The position numbers were made by a program, and so were the translations under genes. Source: Candidatus Nanoarchaeia archaeon (GTDB lineage: Archaea; Nanobdellota; Nanobdellia; SCGC-AAA011-G17; JAGVZF01). Taken from it: a stretch of DNA of 64,000 bases. The stretch lies in assembly GCA_035288965.1 (NCBI GenBank), contig DATDYQ010000104.1:10089-74088 (forward strand), given 5' to 3'. Below, one piece after another: positions 19,785 through 28,940 of the stretch (positions are counted from its first letter, which is position 1; every line of letters starts with the position of its first letter). The notes beneath the pieces were generated by a model. It saw nothing but the letters and a program-made list of their open reading frames with translations, was not told the origin of the DNA and made no database searches.

Positions 19785-21548
19785 ATGAAAGATGTAAAGA
19801 TCGGTGACAAGATAATTGGTAAAGGCCACCCTGTCTTTGTTATAGCAGAAACAGCCTCCAGCCATGTAGGAAATAAAGAAAAACTTAAACAGCTAATTAA
19901 AGCTGCTATAGATTCAAATGCAGACGCTATCAACTTACAAAAATTCTATGCAAATGAGCTTGCTGTTCCTCAAAATCCGCAACATAAGGATTTGGCAATC
20001 ATCGAACTTAAAGATCCAGATTGGAAAGAAGTTCTAGATTATGCTAAAACTTTAAACACAATTATTATTGGAAATCCTTTTGATGAATCTAGTGTAGACT
20101 TCTTTGATCCTTATGTGGATGCTTTCAAGATTCATTCTACTGATATTAATAATCCTGAAATGTTAATGAAAGTAGCAAAAAAGAATAAGCCAATGTTTCT
20201 TGGTATTGGCGGAGCAAAACCTTTTGAAATAAAAAGGGCAATTAAAATTCTTCAATCAACTGGTAATGATCAAATTGTTTTAATGCATGGTTTTCAGGCT
20301 TTCCCAACAAGATTAGAGGATAGTAATCTAAAGTTAATTCCAACAGTAGAAAAAGAATATAATCTTCCAACTGGATTTCTTGATCATATCGATGCTGAAA
20401 CAAAAATGGCAATGATTCTTCCATTACTCTCAGTAGTCCAAGGAGCTGTTTTGATTGAAAAACATATAACATTAGATAGAAAATTAAAAGAATATGATTA
20501 TTTTTCAGCTTTACATCCATCTGAATTCAAAGAAATGATGTTCTTGATTAGAGAAACAGAAAAAGCAATTGGTCATGGACAATTTATTCAATCAGAAGGT
20601 GAAATTGGATATAACACTATGATGAAAAAGAATTTAGTTGCTAAAGTTCCCATAAAAAAAGATACAATTTTAACAAAAGATATGATAACTTTCAAAAGAG
20701 CTCGAGTAAATCCTGGTCCTTCTCCAATTGATGTTGAAAAATTTATTGGAAAATCAGTTAATAAAGATTTAAATGAAAATGATCCAATCACATTAGATGA
20801 CTTAAATCTTAAATCAATTATTACATTAGCTGTAAGAATGAAATCATCTAGATTGCCAAGAAAAGCGTTAGCTGTTGTTGAAGATCAAACAGTTATAGAA
20901 CATTTAATAGATAGAATGCAATTATGTAAGGTTCCATCTGATTTAATCTTATGTACATCCACTCATCCAGATGACGCTGTTTTAATAGACATAGCAAAGA
21001 AAAAAGGTATAAAATATTTCGCAGGTTCAGAAGATGATGTTATGGATCGTTTCATCAAAGCAGCATTGCCTGAAAAAGCAGATATCATTGTAAGAGTTAC
21101 AGGGGATAATATATTTACAGATCCTGAATTCCTAGATGAAACAATAAAATTTCATATAAAAAATAATCTGGATTATTCATTACAAGAAGGATTACCAATT
21201 GGATGTATTTCAGAAGTTATTACCTTACATAATTTAATAAAAGCTCATGAAGCAACTCTTGATCCTGAAAACACAGAATATATGACATATTATTTGAGAA
21301 ATGAAGATTACTTTAAAGGTAACTCCTTGAAGGTCTCAAGTGAATTTAACTTCCCTAACTACAGATTGACAATAGATAATCCTGAAGATTTACAACTTAT
21401 CCAAGAAATATTTAAAGAACTTTATGTTCCTGGAAAAGTAATTCCATTAAGAGATATTTTAAATTTATTAAATAAAAAGCCTGAACTATTAAATATAAAT
21501 AAGAATGTTCAAGGAATACAATTTACAGTTAAAGGTTTGAAAAGTTAG
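19785..21548 (+). CDS. NeuB-family nonulosonate synthase (+SAF domain) fused to an SpsF-like cytidylyltransferase
   Basis: FVIAE...H, GFLDH, IEKHITLD and a SAF domain, then LAVRMKSSRLPRKAL, GSEDDVMDRF, RVTGDN, RLTIDNPEDL. Confidence 0.88.
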   Translation: MKDVKIGDKIIGKGHPVFVIAETASSHVGNKEKLKQLIKAAIDSNADAINLQKFYANELAVPQNPQHKDLAIIELKDPDWKEVLDYAKTLNTIIIGNPFDESSVDFFDPYVDAFKIHSTDINNPEMLMKVAKKNKPMFLGIGGAKPFEIKRAIKILQSTGNDQIVLMHGFQAFPTRLEDSNLKLIPTVEKEYNLPTGFLDHIDAETKMAMILPLLSVVQGAVLIEKHITLDRKLKEYDYFSALHPSEFKEMMFLIRETEKAIGHGQFIQSEGEIGYNTMMKKNLVAKVPIKKDTILTKDMITFKRARVNPGPSPIDVEKFIGKSVNKDLNENDPITLDDLNLKSIITLAVRMKSSRLPRKALAVVEDQTVIEHLIDRMQLCKVPSDLILCTSTHPDDAVLIDIAKKKGIKYFAGSEDDVMDRFIKAALPEKADIIVRVTGDNIFTDPEFLDETIKFHIKNNLDYSLQEGLPIGCISEVITLHNLIKAHEATLDPENTEYMTYYLRNEDYFKGNSLKVSSEFNFPNYRLTIDNPEDLQLIQEIFKELYVPGKVIPLRDILNLLNKKPELLNINKNVQGIQFTVKGLKS

Positions 21549-21585
21549 TTTTATAAGGTTTTCTATATTCTATAAAATATATATT

Positions 21586-21849
21586 ATGGGGGTTAACAAA
21601 ATGGTAGAAAAGCAAGCTAAAACATTAGATGAAAGATTACAATTTGAAGAAGGAGATTTACACTTAGAAGGTAATTTTGCGATTAGCCTTGGTTTAGGGA
21701 AGTCTCTTGCAGATGATGAAATAAAGAAAATTGTAATTGGTAAGTATAATGGCGTATTAAAATATGTCGATAAAAAAGGACAATTAAAAATCGTAGGCAA
21801 TGGGTTATACAGCATAATAGGTTTAGGAAAATATGCCGGCGCAATTTAA
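21586..21849 (+). CDS. Hypothetical protein
   Basis: Fills the intergenic space with typical composition; alternative start 21601 follows GGGGG. Confidence 0.6.
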   Translation: MGVNKMVEKQAKTLDERLQFEEGDLHLEGNFAISLGLGKSLADDEIKKIVIGKYNGVLKYVDKKGQLKIVGNGLYSIIGLGKYAGAI

Positions 21850-21910
21850 TTTATTAATCTCAAGATCTATAAATAATATAATAAATAGAAAAAAGTAGAT
21901 AAACAATAAA

Positions 21911-22393
21911 ATGCCAATTGATGATGCATTAAATGATTTGCCAAGATCAAAAGAAGCGTCAAAACAAATAGTTGCACCTCCAGAACCAGAGCAAGCAAAT
22001 AAAGTAATTTTCACTGATGCCGTACAACAATTTAGAAATAGTTTACAATATTATCTTCCTTATCAATTGGCAACAATTATAAAAAGTAAAGGACTAAATG
22101 TAACCTGGGATAACGGCAATATAGTTTCTTTTTTAGATAATGAAATTTTTTTAAAATTTACGTCTATTGGAATTGCAGCCCATAAAAGATTTTGGTTCGG
22201 TCATGATTGGATAGGTTATTTATATTTTAATGATCCTAATAAATGGAAATTGGAAGTTTATGGAAGAAAAAATATAGATAGATTAAAAAATCTTGCTGAC
22301 GAAATATCAAAACAATATTCAAAAGATATAGAGCTTATATTAGAATTAGAATATCCAAAATCAAAGTCAGTAGAATATGCTGGTTTTATCTAA
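21911..22393 (+). CDS. Hypothetical protein
   Basis: 160-aa ORF with a TATA-like element upstream; no recognisable motif. Confidence 0.65.
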   Translation: MPIDDALNDLPRSKEASKQIVAPPEPEQANKVIFTDAVQQFRNSLQYYLPYQLATIIKSKGLNVTWDNGNIVSFLDNEIFLKFTSIGIAAHKRFWFGHDWIGYLYFNDPNKWKLEVYGRKNIDRLKNLADEISKQYSKDIELILELEYPKSKSVEYAGFI

Positions 22394-23535
22394 ATCTTTA
22401 ATTCTTCATAGATTAACTTAACAACCCTTTCAGTTGCTTTCCCGTCATTACCTTCAACAAAGCTTTCCCTTCTTTGCTTTAATTCTTCTCTAAATTCTCC
22501 ATTATATAAAATTTTCATTAAATTAGGAACCAACTCTCTTGTATTATAAACACCAAGAGAATAACCATTTTTGTTGGTAATCAAAGGATCCTCTGTTTTT
22601 AATCCAACTTGTAAACTTAAAACATCAGTATCTAATAAACAAGCTTCCATTAATGAAGTTGACATCATTCCAACTACCAAATTAGAAGCTTTCATTGTCT
22701 CTCTTGTATTATAATTATTATTATACTCTCTTTTTGTTGCGTCTTCCTTCCCACTCATGACTAAATTCATATCTTTTAATAATAATGTTCTTTCTACAAT
22801 ATCCTCAAATGTCTCTCTAGGATGAAATTTAATAACAAATGTCCCATGATATCCCATGTCATTCAATCCATTAGATAATATTTTAAAAATTGTTTCTTCA
22901 TTATAACCCCAATCAGTAGTTTTATTCGCTTTAAGATCTCCTTTAATTGGTTGTGAAATAAAGGTTATCAAACTTCCTTCTGGATGTACCCCAAAATATT
23001 CTCTTATCTCTTTTCTTTTATCAATTGTAAATTTAGCATTTAATTCTCCTATATCATCAAAGTAAGGGTTTCCTGTAATCTTTAATCTTTCTCTAGGTAA
23101 ACCTTCTTTAACCATTTTTTCCAAACTTTCTGCATCTAATGCCGTATGAATATCAGGCATGCATCCTAAGTTATCTCCTGTTTTGTCATTTCTAACCCTT
23201 ACAATATAATTGACTGGTAAATCTATAACAGAAATGCTTCTTACCCCTCTTTTCCTAGCTTCCAATATTAATTTTTTTTCAACACACCATCCACCGCTAC
23301 TTCCCGTGACTAGAAGGTTTGGTTTTTCTTCGTCTTCAAATTCAACTTCGGCAGATGTATAATCATTCAATATAGAATGAGATAAACCAGCTTGTGTAAA
23401 TGAACTAATAGCAGGTCCGTTAGCTATTAATGTCAAATCCACTTTATCATCTTCTTGCAATCTTCTTGCAACAGGAATAACAGAATTCGCACTTCCAGTA
23501 TACTGCGCTGCCACCATTACTTTAGATTTTGTCAC
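22390..23535 (-). CDS. GT-B fold protein (CDP-glycerol glycerophosphotransferase/sialyltransferase-like)
   Basis: TGNPYFD, KFHPRE, GMMSTSLMEA, DGKATERV. Confidence 0.65.
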   Translation of the reverse strand: MTKSKVMVAAQYTGSANSVIPVARRLQEDDKVDLTLIANGPAISSFTQAGLSHSILNDYTSAEVEFEDEEKPNLLVTGSSGGWCVEKKLILEARKRGVRSISVIDLPVNYIVRVRNDKTGDNLGCMPDIHTALDAESLEKMVKEGLPRERLKITGNPYFDDIGELNAKFTIDKRKEIREYFGVHPEGSLITFISQPIKGDLKANKTTDWGYNEETIFKILSNGLNDMGYHGTFVIKFHPRETFEDIVERTLLLKDMNLVMSGKEDATKREYNNNYNTRETMKASNLVVGMMSTSLMEACLLDTDVLSLQVGLKTEDPLITNKNGYSLGVYNTRELVPNLMKILYNGEFREELKQRRESFVEGNDGKATERVVKLIYEELKI

Positions 23536-23574
23536 TTTTTATCACAAAATAAAGGTGTAGAAAAATATATAAAT

Positions 23575-25359
23575 CTATTTCTGATATATTTCATCAATAA
23601 GATTTATAACTCTTTCGGTGCTTTTTCCATCAATTTTATAAGCATAATCCTTAATAAATTTCTCCATGTTTTTTTCTAATTTTTCTTTAATCTTTTTATT
23701 ATTAAAAACATCATTTATTGCATTTTTTAATTCTTTTTCTTCTTTGACATCAATTACACATCCATAATCATTGTAATCAATCATCTCATTGCTTCCTTTG
23801 ATATTAGCTAAATTTAAAGTAATAACAGGAACATTAAATAACATAGATTCAATAACAACAGTAGACGAGGCTCTGCTTATAGTTAAATCTGCAATATTCA
23901 AAAAGTTATAAATATCATAATCTTTAACAACAACAACTTTATTTTTAATATTATTTAATCTGCTATTATAAAAATCAACATCATCTTTTGGGTGTAATTT
24001 TATTATTAGTTGTTCATCTTGCAAGGAATTAATAACTGCCTTGAACATTTCCTCCTTCTCTGGAACAGTCTGTGTTCCGAATAATATTATCTTCTTATCT
24101 TTATCCAAATTAAATTGTTTATATACTTCTTCTTTATCATACTCTTTATTTTTAATAATATCAAACTTACTGGCTCCAGTTATAACTATTTTCTCTTCAT
24201 TAACATTATTTTGCAATAAAAATTTCTTCGTAGATTCTCCCCAAACAGCTATTTTTGTGCTTGTTACAGGAACAAATCCCAATCTTCCAGCAACTCCATG
24301 TTGTAAAACTAAAGATTTTATTTCTAATTTATTCCCGACAAATGCAATTGTTTTTCCAAATCTATGAACGTCACTACCCATAACAATAATATTTATCTCT
24401 TCTTTTTTGATAACAATTTTAATTCCTTCTATCAATCTAACAACTTCATAAAAATGTTTAAACACAGTATAATGCAATTCATCTTCTAAAATTTCCCATA
24501 AATTAATATTATCATACATAAATCTCCTATCTTGGTATAAAATCTCCCATATTTGATCAAGCTCTTTTTTCTTTTTATCAAGAACTTTGTTTATTTCACT
24601 TAAATCATAATCTGCAAATGTATTAAATTTTATTCCTTTTTTCGCAAATGCCTCCTGAACATCTAAAGCCAAAGCGAATATTAAATAATTTTTATTCTGT
24701 TTTTTCATCTCTTCTATAATAGGAAGCATTATCTGCGGATCTAAATTTAAATAACTAAAAAACATCACTTTCTTATCGCCATAATTTTTATTTTTATAAT
24801 TAAAACTTTTTAGTTTCACATAATTATCCAAAACAACTGGTTTTATGTATCTTCCAGCAATAAATTTTGTTTTTTCTCTAAATATATTAATAAGATTAAC
24901 ATTCCTATCGCTAACAATCTCATATTTAGCATTCAGTTCTTTCAAACTAGTAATTATTGTTTTGCTTAGAAAATCTTTTCCATCAATTACCAAAAACATA
25001 TCTGGCTTCTCTTTCTCAATAACCTTCTTTATTAATTCTATATTTGCAATCAAGCTTCTTAAAACAAGTTCAAAATGTAAGCTTGTACATTCATATAATG
25101 GAATTCCATCATGCTTTGCTAATTTTTTTGCTTCAGGAAAACTAATCATATTCCAATTAATGCTTATATTCCTTATTTTGTCAGCAAGTTCATTAATTAA
25201 TTTGGTTTCATTGATATAATCACTCTTAGTTTTAACATTAGCAAAATTAACTTTTTTGTTAGAAAGATTTAGTATTATTCCATCCCCTAAATCTTTTAAT
25301 CTTTTATTGATCTTATCTAGTTCTTTCTCGTCTTTTACTATTCCTATAATCCTTGTCAT
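23575..25359 (-). CDS. GT-B fold protein, candidate nonulosonic-acid transferase
   Basis: LQHG, VWGE, TGASKFD, KLHP, STVVIES, DGKSTERV; directly downstream of neuB. Confidence 0.65.
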   Translation of the reverse strand: MTRIIGIVKDEKELDKINKRLKDLGDGIILNLSNKKVNFANVKTKSDYINETKLINELADKIRNISINWNMISFPEAKKLAKHDGIPLYECTSLHFELVLRSLIANIELIKKVIEKEKPDMFLVIDGKDFLSKTIITSLKELNAKYEIVSDRNVNLINIFREKTKFIAGRYIKPVVLDNYVKLKSFNYKNKNYGDKKVMFFSYLNLDPQIMLPIIEEMKKQNKNYLIFALALDVQEAFAKKGIKFNTFADYDLSEINKVLDKKKKELDQIWEILYQDRRFMYDNINLWEILEDELHYTVFKHFYEVVRLIEGIKIVIKKEEINIIVMGSDVHRFGKTIAFVGNKLEIKSLVLQHGVAGRLGFVPVTSTKIAVWGESTKKFLLQNNVNEEKIVITGASKFDIIKNKEYDKEEVYKQFNLDKDKKIILFGTQTVPEKEEMFKAVINSLQDEQLIIKLHPKDDVDFYNSRLNNIKNKVVVVKDYDIYNFLNIADLTISRASSTVVIESMLFNVPVITLNLANIKGSNEMIDYNDYGCVIDVKEEKELKNAINDVFNNKKIKEKLEKNMEKFIKDYAYKIDGKSTERVINLIDEIYQK

Positions 25360-25371
25360 ACTCTATCATAA

Positions 25372-26433
25372 CTATTTCTTTAATTCTCCCACGTGTTCCC
25401 AATCCAATATATCATCCTCTTTCATATCTTTTAATACCCTTCTTCCTATAATCTCGCTAAAGAATCTTGGATTAATTCCTGTTCCAGGTCTTTTTGATGT
25501 TATATTTTTAACATCAAATATTTCCCCTGCCCTAATATCCCTATTTGCTACAATGCTCCTTCTTGCTAATCTTTGAGCAGGCTCTTCAACTTTAATTGGT
25601 CGTCTTGCTAATGTACTTCCTAATGCACTTTCTATCTGTTTTATATTTGTGACCATCTCTTTCAGTTCTTTAGGATCAACAGATAACCAATGATCGGCAC
25701 TTCCCTTCAATGTTTTATCTATAGTATAATGCTTCTCTATCATCTTTGCTCCCAGACTAACAGCTCCGATCGGCACCAAAGTTCCCAAACTATGGTCACT
25801 TAATCCGATTAAATAATCCGGAAATATTTTCTTTAAAGTTGGAATCATATTCAAATTCATATCTTTCGTAGGTGTCGGATAAGATAAAATGCAATGCAAT
25901 AATATTATCTGATTATTTCCTTGCTCTTCAATAACGCTTACAGCTTCTTCTATCTCTCCAATTGTAGCTGCTCCTGTAGATAATGCCATCGGCAATCCTT
26001 TTTTTGCTATATGTTTTAAAAGATTTAAGTGAGTTATATCTGCACTTGCAATTTTATACATTGGCACTCCAATCTTTTCCAAGAAATCAGCGCTTTCTTC
26101 ATCAAATGGTGTTGAAAAAAATATTATTCCTAATTCTTCAGCATATTTCTGCATTTTAATAAAATCTTCTTCACTAAGATAATCGAAGTTCTTGTATTCA
26201 TCATATTGTGTTTCATCACTTTCTGTCCAATATTTAGGAGAATTTTTTATTGCTATTTTTTCAGCTTTATATGTTTGGAATTTTATTGCATCTGCCCCGT
26301 TTTCTTTTGCTTTTTTTATTAATTCATAACCTCTTTCCAACATACAATCATGATTTACTCCAGCTTCAGCTACAACAAAACAAGGCTCATCATCCCCTAC
26401 ATATCTATTTCCTATCTTTATTCTTGTCACCAT
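25372..26433 (-). CDS. neuB: N-acetylneuraminate synthase family protein with SAF domain
   Basis: AEAGVNH, KFQTY, STPFD, KIASAD, LSTG, LHCILSYP, GLSDH, IEKH, DH, KRPGTG. Confidence 0.92.
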   Translation of the reverse strand: MVTRIKIGNRYVGDDEPCFVVAEAGVNHDCMLERGYELIKKAKENGADAIKFQTYKAEKIAIKNSPKYWTESDETQYDEYKNFDYLSEEDFIKMQKYAEELGIIFFSTPFDEESADFLEKIGVPMYKIASADITHLNLLKHIAKKGLPMALSTGAATIGEIEEAVSVIEEQGNNQIILLHCILSYPTPTKDMNLNMIPTLKKIFPDYLIGLSDHSLGTLVPIGAVSLGAKMIEKHYTIDKTLKGSADHWLSVDPKELKEMVTNIKQIESALGSTLARRPIKVEEPAQRLARRSIVANRDIRAGEIFDVKNITSKRPGTGINPRFFSEIIGRRVLKDMKEDDILDWEHVGELKK

Positions 26434-26434
26434 T

Positions 26435-27826
26435 TCAACCACCCTTATAATTTTTTATTATCTGTTCAGCAAGCCATAAATCATATTCATTATATATCCT
26501 TACAGCTTCGTTCGGCATCATCTCAACATAAGCTACACTATTCCCGATAATCCCATTATTGTTTAAATTCTCTAAAGTTGTAATATAAAATGCTCCATTT
26601 TCTTCTAGTATAGTATCTTTTTCATCTCTCAATAATCTTTTATTAAATAATGGCTCGATTCCATATCTTCCTGGTTTCCAATGAAAATTAAGATTTGCAC
26701 AAACAGAGACTATGCTATCTGTTTTAAATATTAATTGAGTAAAAATTCCTTCTTTTATATGCTCACTTGTTTTAAAAGGGCTTATCAAATGTAAAACAGC
26801 AATTAAATCAGGAACATAATCATCATTCTTCTTCAAATAATCAACAACATGTCTTACAACATCATCAACATGAACTGTTTTTTTTGCTAAATCAATTGGT
26901 CTTTTGATAACATAAGCTCCTAATTTTTCAGCAGCACTTGCAATATCGTAATCTTCAGTAGAAACAACAATTTTATTAAACAATTCAGTTTTTTTCGCTT
27001 CATCTATTGTATAAGATAATAAAGGTTTTCCATTTAAATTTGCAATTGGAATTTTAATCCCATTAATCATGTCGCCTCTAGCAGGAATAACAGCTAATAT
27101 TTTCAAATTTTTTAACTTTCCATCATAATGTCTTTTAACAAATTCTTCCTTTACAATTCTTTTAGAATGTAAAATCCCTTTCATATTCTTAGTCATATTT
27201 GCACCATGTCTTCTATAATAAAACAAAGGCAGATTAATATTTCTAACTTTAAATTTAGTAATAAACTTCATCCAAAAATCATAATCTTCTCCAATCTTTA
27301 AATTTTCATTATATCCCCCAATTTCATCATAGCATATTCTCTTGTACATCGCTCCAGCAGCTAAAGGACTTCTTTGCAGTAAATCAACTTCTTCATTAAC
27401 TTTCATCAATCTATTATGCTCCAATATCTTTCCATCTTCGTCTATAGTATAATAATCTGAATAAACCAAATCAACATCTTTATTTTCATACAAAAATCTT
27501 TCTTCTACTAATAGCAAATTATCATCAAAATAATCATCAGCATCTAATCTTATTATAAAATCCCCTTGAGACATACTAATTCCTTTATTACAGGCTGCGC
27601 TTAATCCAACATTATCTACCCTTATTACTTTCAAATTATTTGGAAATTTTGATTTATAACTTTGAATTACATCTTGAGTATTATCTGTACTTCCATCATC
27701 AACTAAGACAATTTCAAAATCTTTATAAGTTTGCTTGGTCAAGCTATCTAAACATTTATCTAAAAATCTCCCATAATTGTGCGCGGTTATTATAACGCTT
27801 ACTTTTGGTTTATTAATAGCTTCCAT
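26435..27826 (-). CDS. GT2 fused to a degenerate NeuA-like acylneuraminate cytidylyltransferase domain
   Basis: N-terminal VDDGSTD, RLDADD, EDYD. C-terminal AVIPARG, GKPLL, VSTED, SPF, ENGAFY. Confidence 0.85.
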   Translation of the reverse strand: MEAINKPKVSVIITAHNYGRFLDKCLDSLTKQTYKDFEIVLVDDGSTDNTQDVIQSYKSKFPNNLKVIRVDNVGLSAACNKGISMSQGDFIIRLDADDYFDDNLLLVEERFLYENKDVDLVYSDYYTIDEDGKILEHNRLMKVNEEVDLLQRSPLAAGAMYKRICYDEIGGYNENLKIGEDYDFWMKFITKFKVRNINLPLFYYRRHGANMTKNMKGILHSKRIVKEEFVKRHYDGKLKNLKILAVIPARGDMINGIKIPIANLNGKPLLSYTIDEAKKTELFNKIVVSTEDYDIASAAEKLGAYVIKRPIDLAKKTVHVDDVVRHVVDYLKKNDDYVPDLIAVLHLISPFKTSEHIKEGIFTQLIFKTDSIVSVCANLNFHWKPGRYGIEPLFNKRLLRDEKDTILEENGAFYITTLENLNNNGIIGNSVAYVEMMPNEAVRIYNEYDLWLAEQIIKNYKGG

Positions 27827-27856
27827 TTAGTCACCTTTTCTTTAATCCGTAGTTGT

Positions 27857-28933
27857 CTATGCAGTAGCCTTTACTTCAGAAGGTTTAGCATATCTATATC
27901 CTTCATGTAAATTACAAGTTCTGCAAGCAGGCATAACATCTAATTTATTTTGTTTATGCAACTCTCTTAATTGACTTAATATCGCTCCGTTCCATATTTC
28001 TTTTAATGTTTGCTTAGTAACATCCCCAACTACATTCTTCCTAAACCAATCTCCACAGCACATCATAACTTTTCCATCCCACGCTACCATCAATCTTTGG
28101 AATGGTTGTGGACAGGTTTTTCTTCCTAAAGTAATTTGATCATAATTAATTGATCTATCATTTTCTTCTCCTTCTCCTCTATTACTGTAATCATTTGTTG
28201 CGACATGGTCTACTATCCCTTCCCACATTTTAATAAATTGGTCAACTTCATGAACATTATCTTTCATCCTAACCATCTGTATTCTGATAAATGGTTTTTT
28301 CTTTCCCATTTCATTTCTTATTCTTACAAAATCTTTAATATTTTTCATTAAAATATCATATTTTGCTCTCACTCTTATTTTTTCATAAGTTTCTTTAGTA
28401 GCCCCATCCATAGAAAATATTATTCCATCTAATCCTGCTTCTATCAATCCCCTAATTTTATTTTCATTTAATAAAGTTCCATTAGAATTTGTTTGTAATT
28501 CTTTAATCCCTTTATCTTTTGCATATTTCACCATTTCAATAAACTTGGGATGAATTAACGGTTCACCTCTCCAATTAAGTTTCATAGAATATAATCCTTC
28601 TTTTGCGCATTCGTCTACAATTTTATGAAATAAATCCATTGTAATAAATCCATCTTGAATTCCACTTCTATCAAAACTTTGTGGGCACATAACGCATCTC
28701 AAATTACATGCATCGCTCGGTTCAATGTCCACATGTGTTGGAAATTTAGGAATTAATCCAAATCTTGCTGTTCTAGGGCTCCAGTTCCATTTAGCTCTAT
28801 ACCATAAATATTTTGGATCTTTCTTATTCATGAACTTTTTAAATTTAGCTTTAAATCCACCTTGTATATGATGTCCACTCCCACCATAGAAGTGTTGTTT
28901 CTCGTTTGTTTCATTACTTTGTTCAGTTGACAT
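27857..28933 (-). CDS. Radical SAM protein with SPASM/twitch domain
   Basis: CNLRCVMC, RGEPL, SMDG; CPQP...DGKVMMCC...C..C. Confidence 0.9.
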   Translation of the reverse strand: MSTEQSNETNEKQHFYGGSGHHIQGGFKAKFKKFMNKKDPKYLWYRAKWNWSPRTARFGLIPKFPTHVDIEPSDACNLRCVMCPQSFDRSGIQDGFITMDLFHKIVDECAKEGLYSMKLNWRGEPLIHPKFIEMVKYAKDKGIKELQTNSNGTLLNENKIRGLIEAGLDGIIFSMDGATKETYEKIRVRAKYDILMKNIKDFVRIRNEMGKKKPFIRIQMVRMKDNVHEVDQFIKMWEGIVDHVATNDYSNRGEGEENDRSINYDQITLGRKTCPQPFQRLMVAWDGKVMMCCGDWFRKNVVGDVTKQTLKEIWNGAILSQLRELHKQNKLDVMPACRTCNLHEGYRYAKPSEVKATA

Positions 28934-28940
28934 ATTGATC

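Noticed and set aside
27857..28933. RiPP maturase system
   Set aside because: No adjacent precursor peptide, RRE domain or transporter; the gene sits in a sugar operon.
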